Positions 1 to 6,543 of a DNA stretch of 20,450 nt are shown here, one piece after another (the stretch's first letter is position 1; each line of letters begins with the position of its first letter). This DNA comes from Myxococcota bacterium (lineage in GTDB: Bacteria > Myxococcota > JACRCW01). Where the stretch lies: positions 1-20,450 of the forward strand of contig JBFMGU010000193.1 in assembly GCA_040752415.1 (NCBI GenBank), written 5' to 3'. Below the pieces are notes generated by a model. It did no database searches. It saw nothing but the letters and a program-made list of their open reading frames with translations, and was not told the DNA's origin. The translations under genes and the position numbers were made by a program.

Positions 1-126
1 ACTCGAGGAAAGACTTCTAACCATCGCCAGCGTCCTGGGACGTTCACGCAACCGACGCCGAGATGCGGCCCAGAGGAAACGCCGCCAGCAGCTGGGACGT
101 GCCACGCGCTAACCGATCACGCATGG

Positions 127-486
127 GCGGAGGACAATGACGCGCTGCGGACCCTCATTGCGCAGTGCCTGGTACGCGCGGGCTACCACGTGCTGCAGGC
201 GTCCTCCGGGGAAGAAGCGCTGCGCAGGAGCCAGGAGCGCGCCGGTGGCATCACGCTGCTCGTCTCCGACGTGGTCATGCCGGGCATGAGCGGACCTCAG
301 CTCTTCCGCGACCTGCGCGGACACCAACCCCACCTTCGTGCCCTCTTCATCTCCGGTTACACCCAGGGCCTGCTCGGTCCCGACGTCACCGGCGACGAAA
401 CCGCATTCCTGCAGAAGCCCTTCACGCCCCAGGTCCTCCTCCAGCGCGTGGCGGAGCTGATCACCCCCCACCAGAAGTACGCCTGA
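127..486 (+). CDS. CheY-like receiver domain of the type found at the C-terminus of hybrid histidine kinases; 5' end uncertain, possibly truncated
   Basis: Frame 1 reads AEDNDALRTLIAQCLVRAGYHVLQASSGEEAL...LLVSDVVMPGMSG...LFISGY...FLQKPF: acidic pocket, phospho-Asp, Ser and Lys are all present. The frame is open back to base 1, but similarity stops at about 127. The first in-frame start is GTG 190, inside the domain. Confidence 0.75.
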   Translation, partial: AEDNDALRTLIAQCLVRAGYHVLQASSGEEALRRSQERAGGITLLVSDVVMPGMSGPQLFRDLRGHQPHLRALFISGYTQGLLGPDVTGDETAFLQKPFTPQVLLQRVAELITPHQKYA

Positions 487-510
487 GTTTCGTGTGATTT
501 CGGCGCTGGC

Positions 511-2805
511 CTAAACCGGGGCCGGCCCCGCGCGCGTGGTGACCTCCGGCTCTCCCAGCAATTCGGGCTCCCGCCGGAGCGAGTGGCCGGTCTTCAGGCC
601 CAGGATGAACCATCCCAGCGCCAAGACGCCGGCGGTGAAGATGGTGTCGCCAATCACCCGCAGCCAGCGCAGCACGTCCATCACGCCGGTCTGCATGAAC
701 TCCGGAGAGCGCGCGTACCACAGCCCGTGCTCCACGCTGGCCAGCGTCTGGAGGAATCCCAGCGGCAACACGCTCAGGAGCACCATCAGCGCCAGTCCCA
801 CGTTGATGGCCCAGAAGGAGAAACGCAGCGCGCCCTCACGCCAGACCTGGTGCGTGGCCAATCCCTTCAGCACAAAAAGCATCAAACCAATGCCCAACAT
901 GCCGTACACGCCAAAGAGCGCCGTGTGGCCGTGGACCGGGGTCGTGTTGAGGCCCTGCATGTAATAGAGCGCAATGGGCGGGTTGATGAGGAACCCGAAG
1001 ATGCCCGCCCCGACGAGATTCCAGAACGCCACGGCAATGAAGCAGTGGATGGGCCAGCGGTACGCGCGGACCCACGTGCGCGCGCGGCTGAGCGTGAGGT
1101 GCTGGTACGCCTCGAAGCCGATGAGCACGAGGGGAACGACCTCCAGCGCGCTGAACGTTGCGCCCAGTGCAAGGATGGCCGTGGGCGTGCCCGTGAAATA
1201 CAGGTGATGGAACGTGCCAATGATGCCGCCAGCCAGGAACACGTTGGTGGAGAAGAGCACGGTGGCCGTGGCCAGGTGCGTTCCCAACAGGCCCATGCGC
1301 ACAAAGAGGAACGCAATGACAACGGTGGCGAACACCTCGAAGAAACCCTCCACCCACAAATGCACCACCCACCACCGCCAGTATTCCGCGATGGCCAGGT
1401 TGGTCTGGCGTCCCCACATCAACCCCGCGGCATAGAACAGCGCGATGGCCGACGAAGCGATCATGAACATGGACAAGAGGTGCCGGCTCTCGCGCGCGCC
1501 CTGGAACGCGGGCCGGATGGCGCGTGCCACCAGGAACAGCCACAGGAAGAGGCCCACCAGCAGCAGCACCTGCCAGAAGCGGCCGAGGTCCACGTACTCA
1601 TAACCCTGGTGCCCAAACCAGAAGTTCTCGACGAGACCCAGGCGCTGCATCACGCCCAGCCACTGCCCCGCCAGCGAGCCCAGCACCACCACCAGCAGCG
1701 CCACGAAGAGGACATTCACGCCCAGTCGCTGGAAGCGCGGCTCATGACCGCTCACCGCCGGCGCCATGAACAGCCCGGTGGCCAGCCACGACGTGGCAAT
1801 CCAGAAGATGCCCAGCTGGACATGCCAGGTCCGGGTCACCGCGTAGGGAAGCACCTCCGCCAGCGGAATCCCGTAGAAGCCCGTCCCCTCGACGCCATAG
1901 TGCGCCGTGACCGCGCCCAGGACCACCTGCAGCACCAGCAGCGCGGCCACCACCCAGAAATACTTCAGCGTGGCGCGCATCGACGGTGTGGGACGCAGGG
2001 CCAGCAGCGGGTCGCGGTCCGGGAGCGGTTCGGGGAGGCCTTCACGCGTGCGCGCGTAATAGAACGCCAGCAGCGCAATGCCGGCCAGCAGCAGGATCAC
2101 GCTGAAGCCGGTCCACAGCAGCAGCGACGGCGTGGGCTTGTTTCCCACGAGCTCCTCGGCGGGCCAGTTGTTGGTGTAGCTGACCTCGGAGCCGGGCCGG
2201 TTGGTGACGCACGCCCACGACGTCCAGAAGAAGAACGCGTTGAGCTGACGCAGGCGCTCCGGGTCCTGCACGGGCCGGTCCGCCATGGCGCAGGACTCCC
2301 GTGTCACCGCCAGGTCGGGGTGGCCGGAGAAGAGCGCGGTGTAGTGGCGTGCGGTCTCGTCGATGGCGCGGGCACGCAGCGTGGAGACGACCAGCACGCC
2401 GGTGTCGGGTTGGTAGGTGTTGGTGCGGAGCTCGCGCTGCAGGCGGGCCTGGAGCGCGGCCTGGCGCTCGACGTCAAGTTGACCATGCGACTCGGCGCCC
2501 TCGTCGCGTGCCCAGCGTTCCAGGATGAACACCGCCTCGCGGTGCAGCCAGTCCGCCGACCAATCCGGCGCAACATAGGAGCCGTGTCCCCACACGGAGC
2601 CCAGCTCGTGTCCGCCCACGCTCTGCCAGACGTTCTGGCCGTCGCGGATGTCCTGGCCCGTGAACAAGAGCGTTCCGTCCGACGAGATCACACGTTCCGG
2701 GACGGGCGGCGCCTCGCGGTACACATCCCGCCCGAACGCGCCGAGCACGAAGAACGACCCGAAGACGATGGCGCCGAACACCATCCACTGTCCGCGGTGG
2801 CTCAC
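511..2805 (-). CDS. norB: Quinol-dependent nitric oxide reductase (qNOR, single-subunit NorB/NorZ)
   Basis: About 765 aa, multi-TM. Motifs GSVWGHGSYVAPDWSADWLHRE, RTWHVQL, HQGYEYVDLGRFWQ, VVHLWVEGFFEVF, GTFHHLYF, FSALEVVPL, HGHTALFGVYG, RVIGDTIF. GGAGG at 2818-2814 favours GTG 2805; GTG 2811 is the alternative. Confidence 0.97.
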   Translation of the reverse strand: MSHRGQWMVFGAIVFGSFFVLGAFGRDVYREAPPVPERVISSDGTLLFTGQDIRDGQNVWQSVGGHELGSVWGHGSYVAPDWSADWLHREAVFILERWARDEGAESHGQLDVERQAALQARLQRELRTNTYQPDTGVLVVSTLRARAIDETARHYTALFSGHPDLAVTRESCAMADRPVQDPERLRQLNAFFFWTSWACVTNRPGSEVSYTNNWPAEELVGNKPTPSLLLWTGFSVILLLAGIALLAFYYARTREGLPEPLPDRDPLLALRPTPSMRATLKYFWVVAALLVLQVVLGAVTAHYGVEGTGFYGIPLAEVLPYAVTRTWHVQLGIFWIATSWLATGLFMAPAVSGHEPRFQRLGVNVLFVALLVVVLGSLAGQWLGVMQRLGLVENFWFGHQGYEYVDLGRFWQVLLLVGLFLWLFLVARAIRPAFQGARESRHLLSMFMIASSAIALFYAAGLMWGRQTNLAIAEYWRWWVVHLWVEGFFEVFATVVIAFLFVRMGLLGTHLATATVLFSTNVFLAGGIIGTFHHLYFTGTPTAILALGATFSALEVVPLVLIGFEAYQHLTLSRARTWVRAYRWPIHCFIAVAFWNLVGAGIFGFLINPPIALYYMQGLNTTPVHGHTALFGVYGMLGIGLMLFVLKGLATHQVWREGALRFSFWAINVGLALMVLLSVLPLGFLQTLASVEHGLWYARSPEFMQTGVMDVLRWLRVIGDTIFTAGVLALGWFILGLKTGHSLRREPELLGEPEVTTRAGPAPV

Positions 2806-2999
2806 GGTCACACCCTCCCGGACGCGCCACCTCGGGCGCGCAGGCGCCAGCCAGCCGCGTCCGATTGTCAGCCCGGATCTAACGGCGTGCCCGGGGCGTG
2901 CCCTCGTGACGACGTGTCCAAGCCCAGGGGCCGCTGTCCCAGGCAGTCCCGCGGGAGCGCGTTGGCGCCGGGGCGGGTGGCCTCTATCCTGGCACCGGC

Positions 3000-4280
3000 A
3001 TGTTCCTCCCCACCTGGCTGGTCCCGCCGTTCTGTGCCCTGGCGCTCGCCCAGGCGCCGTCCGCGCGTCCTCGAGCCGCCGCGGTGGTGGAGGTGGTGCC
3101 GGCCCAGGCCGCGCCCGGTGTCGACGAGAGCCAGGCGGCCGCCTACTACGCGGCGCTGTTCAAGGAGGGCTACGCGCAGGTGGACGCCGCGGACCGCGCC
3201 GGCCTCACCGGGACGCTCACGCCCAATGCCCCCAGCGTCGACGACGCGCGCGACGCATTGGCCACGGCCCGGGCGCGCTACCTGAAGATGGAGCTGCCCG
3301 GTGCGCGCGCGGCGGTGGAGGCGGGCATTGCCACGTTGCTGGAATCACCCAACCTCCCCTCGCACCTGGCGCTGCTGGGCAAGCTGCACCTGCTGCTCGG
3401 TGAGCTGATGCTCGCGGAGGGCCGTGACGTCGACGCGCGACGCGAGCTTGGCCTGGCCGCGCGCCTGCAACCGGACCGCACGCTGGACCCCGCGTTCTAT
3501 CCGCCGCCGGTCATCGCCGCGTACACGGATGCCCGCAGGGCCCTGGGTCTCGACGGCGAGGGAACTCCGCCGCACGGCAATCTCAGCGTGGCGGTGGAGC
3601 CCGCGGACGTGGACGTGCTGCTGGATGGACAGCCCCTCCCGCGCCACGCGCTCGGCGTCACCACGGTGCCCGCCGGGGACCATTACGTCATCGCCTCGTC
3701 GCCGGGTGGTGCGGCGCGCGGTCGACGGGTGACGGTGCCGGAGGGCGGATTGGCCGCGTTGCAGCTGTTCGTGCCGCCGGCGGGCGGGGCCCGGGACCGC
3801 GCCCAGCTCCGTTCGCACACGCTGGCGGAAGCGGCCCATCGCGCGCTGGGCGTGGTGCCGGCGTCGGTGGTGGTGGCGTATTCCGTCGAGGACGGCAGCG
3901 TGGCGGTGGCCATGCACGGCGTGGAGGAGGTGGTGTCGCTGCCGCCCGGGAATCCCGCGGAGCAGGTGGCGGAAGCGTTGCGCAGGCTGCAGACCCCGCC
4001 GCCCGCGCCGGAGCCGGCCCCGCAGCCCGTCGTCGTCACGGCTCCGCCGGCCCCGCCTCCGCGCGTGGAGGAGGATGCCGCGCCGCGCTGGCCCATCCTG
4101 GCGGCGGGGGCCATGGTGGGTGGTGGCGTGGGAGCGGCGGCGTTGATCCTGGTGACGGCGACAGGCGGGTCGGTGGCGGCGGTGGTGTCCGGCGTGGCAT
4201 TGGGCTTCTGGATCTGGCAACAGAACCAGCCGAAAGAGCCGGCGCGCGGACGCATCGTCCTGGGTGGAAACCGTTCATGA
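3000..4280 (+). CDS. Secreted or membrane-anchored PEGA-domain protein with a TPR-like helical region
   Basis: Signal-peptide-like N-terminus (ALALA-Q); helical region ending LDPAFYPPPVIAAY; PEGA-like segment GNLSVAVEPADVDVLLDG...VPAGDHYV...VTVPEGG; Pro-rich linker; Gly/Ala-rich hydrophobic C-terminal segment. Confidence 0.8.
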   Translation: MFLPTWLVPPFCALALAQAPSARPRAAAVVEVVPAQAAPGVDESQAAAYYAALFKEGYAQVDAADRAGLTGTLTPNAPSVDDARDALATARARYLKMELPGARAAVEAGIATLLESPNLPSHLALLGKLHLLLGELMLAEGRDVDARRELGLAARLQPDRTLDPAFYPPPVIAAYTDARRALGLDGEGTPPHGNLSVAVEPADVDVLLDGQPLPRHALGVTTVPAGDHYVIASSPGGAARGRRVTVPEGGLAALQLFVPPAGGARDRAQLRSHTLAEAAHRALGVVPASVVVAYSVEDGSVAVAMHGVEEVVSLPPGNPAEQVAEALRRLQTPPPAPEPAPQPVVVTAPPAPPPRVEEDAAPRWPILAAGAMVGGGVGAAALILVTATGGSVAAVVSGVALGFWIWQQNQPKEPARGRIVLGGNRS

Positions 4281-5086
4281 CCGTGCGTGTCCTCGTGACG
4301 CTGCTGCTGACGACGTTGCTGACGGCCTGCACCCAGCCGCAGCCGGACCCCAAGACCATCACCACGCGCGTGCGCCTCTCGCCAAGCTGCGGGTACTCCT
4401 GCATTGGCTATGACCTGGATTGCGTGGTGGCGCTCCAGGCCCGCGTGCTCACTGCCGACGGCGTGGAACCAGAGAACGGTCGACGCTGCCAACCCATCAC
4501 GCTGGGCAACCTGTGCGACCTCACCGAGCGCAACCTCATCCTCGTCGACAACGTCGACATCGAGAAGCCGCTGATGCTGGAGCTGCGGGGCCTGCACAAC
4601 CGCGCGCGCTCCTCCAACCTCTCCGCCGCGTCGTTGTGCGAGGTGGCGTCGTCGTCGGACTGGCTGTTCTGGGGGGAGAGCCCGCTGACCTACCTGGGCG
4701 ACGGCGGCGTGAGCGAGCTGGTGGTGCAGCTGGAGTGTCGCGAGGGATGTCCGTGCTCGGAGCTGGGCAGCTCCCGTTGTCCGGTGCGCTTCCCGCCCAG
4801 CGCGTGCCTGGCCACGCAGTGCACCCAGGAGTGCGCCACGGACAATGATTGCTTCGCCGGCGCGCTGCAGTGCAGCCCCGACGACGGGAAATGCGTGGTC
4901 GAGCCCGGTGGCTTCTGCGACGAGTGCAGTGAGACGGACCCCTGCAACACGGGCAACCTGTGTGTGGCCGGCGTCCTCAGCGACAAGGGTGTCTGCGCCC
5001 CACCCTGTCCGGACACGCCCTGCATTGCGCCAGCCACCTGCGTGCCGCTCCTCACCAAGCGCGTCCTCGACGGGGGAGCGCCATGA
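4277..5086 (+). CDS. Cys-rich lipoprotein of unknown function
   Basis: Lipobox LTAC after a hydrophobic stretch; 25 Cys (1 lipidated + 24); ATGA overlap with the upstream stop suggests translational coupling. Confidence 0.85.
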   Translation: MTVRVLVTLLLTTLLTACTQPQPDPKTITTRVRLSPSCGYSCIGYDLDCVVALQARVLTADGVEPENGRRCQPITLGNLCDLTERNLILVDNVDIEKPLMLELRGLHNRARSSNLSAASLCEVASSSDWLFWGESPLTYLGDGGVSELVVQLECREGCPCSELGSSRCPVRFPPSACLATQCTQECATDNDCFAGALQCSPDDGKCVVEPGGFCDECSETDPCNTGNLCVAGVLSDKGVCAPPCPDTPCIAPATCVPLLTKRVLDGGAP

Positions 5087-5275
5087 GCACGTGGGGGAGC
5101 CTCCTGGCGGTGGAAGTGCTGGCGGCGGGAGAACGGCACCTGCAGTGCGCATCAACGTGGAGCTGACGTCGCTGCGCGCAACCTGGAAGTGCGCGGAGGA
5201 GCCAGCCTCCCCTTCCCGGCCGCCCTTTGCTACAGACGCGCGCCCGCGCCACCTCGGCGCGCAGTGGAGCAACCC

Positions 5276-6316
5276 ATGGCCAAGCCGCAGCCCGTGAACC
5301 TTGATGACGCGTACCAGGCTTTTGACGACGGAAACTATGAGGACGCGCTGCGCCTCTCGGAAGCCGCGCTGAAGAAGGCCCCCAAGGACCGCGACGCCGC
5401 GCTGCTGCACGCCGCCTGCGTGGACGCCATGGGTGACCCCGAGGGCGCGCTGGCGGAGTACGAGGACCTGACCCGTCGCTACCCGCACGACGCGGAGGTC
5501 TGGGTGCGCATGGGCGACGTGTGCGTGGCCGCGCTCAACGACCCGGAGATGGCCTACGAGGCGCTGACCCAGGCGCTGGAGGCCGCCACCACCGAGGGGC
5601 ACGAGGACGAGGAGATGCTGCTGGAGGCCCACCTGCGCCTGGTGGACGTGTGCCTGGACCTGCGTGAGCTCGACGAGGCGCTGCGCCACGCCAAGGCCGC
5701 CAAGCAGATGGACAAGGACAACTCCGACGTGGAGCTGGCGCTGGGCCGGGCGGAGTTCGAGCGCGGCAACATGGATGAGGCGCTCAAGGCGGCGGCGCGC
5801 GCCGTGGACAAGGACCCGCAGAACGCCGGCGCGTATTTCCTGCGCGGCCTGGTCCTGGAACGCCAGGGCAATCCCGACGCCGAGAAGGCCTTTGAACGGT
5901 CCGAGCGTTTGGATCCGGAGTTCTTCAGCCGCGGGGTCACGGTGACCGCGGAGGAGCTGCGCGCGGTGGCGCAGTCGGCATTGGAGGAGCTGCCCTCGCG
6001 GGTGCGCGACTACATGCGGAAGCTCCAGATCAACGTTGAGGACCTTCCCTCCGACGTCGACGTGCGCAGCAGTGGCGGCACGCTCAGCCCGTCGGCGCTG
6101 GGCGCCATGCGGGGCACGCCGTTGTCCGAGGAGAGCGACGCGGATCCGTTCACCCACATGCCGCGCGACTTCACGCTCTACCGCCTGAACCTCATGCGCG
6201 TGTGCCGGAGCCGGAAGGAATTGCAGGACGAGGTGGCCATGACCATGGTCGATGAGGTGGGCCACTTCCTGCACCTCACCGAGGATGACCTCGTCGACAG
6301 CGGCGACGAAGACTGA
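5276..6316 (+). CDS. TPR-repeat protein with C-terminal mini-zincin (Zincin_1-like) domain, variant metal motif
   Basis: GGAG before ATG 5276; TPR helices (e.g. AYFLRGLVLERQG); C-terminal ALEELPSRVR...INVEDLP...LG...G...TLYRLNL...ELQDEVAMTMVDEVGHFLHLTEDDL matches the mini-zincin layout. Confidence 0.88.
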   Translation: MAKPQPVNLDDAYQAFDDGNYEDALRLSEAALKKAPKDRDAALLHAACVDAMGDPEGALAEYEDLTRRYPHDAEVWVRMGDVCVAALNDPEMAYEALTQALEAATTEGHEDEEMLLEAHLRLVDVCLDLRELDEALRHAKAAKQMDKDNSDVELALGRAEFERGNMDEALKAAARAVDKDPQNAGAYFLRGLVLERQGNPDAEKAFERSERLDPEFFSRGVTVTAEELRAVAQSALEELPSRVRDYMRKLQINVEDLPSDVDVRSSGGTLSPSALGAMRGTPLSEESDADPFTHMPRDFTLYRLNLMRVCRSRKELQDEVAMTMVDEVGHFLHLTEDDLVDSGDED

Positions 6317-6349
6317 GTCCGCACCGCGACCTACCTCCGCATCGGACCG

Positions 6350-6364
6350 TGACAGGTCTGTCAT
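6350..6364. promoter_or_regulatory. TGACA-N4-TGTCAT palindrome resembling a CopR/CusR (cop box) operator
   Basis: TGACAGGTCTGTCAT is intergenic, about 180 bp upstream of a cupredoxin-domain gene. It also forms the tip of a larger imperfect hairpin (6325-6381). Confidence 0.45.
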
Positions 6365-6543
6365 GGGCGGAGGTGGTCGTGTTGATCACGGATGGATTTC
6401 GGTTTGCTCCCGCGACGGAGTTGGGGCAATTTCGCCGGCCGGTAGACGTCCCACGCTGAGCGCGGCGTCGCCGTTGTTCGCGGGGATGACCACAACCGGA
6501 GTCAGCCAACGAGGGTTTGACTCCCCGAATGAAAGGAATGCGA

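Noticed and set aside
511..2805. Possible NO dismutase (Nod) rather than qNOR
   Set aside because: Fe-B and haem His ligands, the Glu residues in HLWVEG and ALEVVP, and the quinol-site His/Asp are all canonical; no Nod-type substitutions.
583..3285. 900-aa plus-strand ORF
   Set aside because: Antisense shadow of qNOR; His/Gln/Arg-rich composition typical of high-GC reverse frames.
3683..6364. 893-aa minus-strand ORF
   Set aside because: Antisense to three well-supported plus-strand genes; no motifs.
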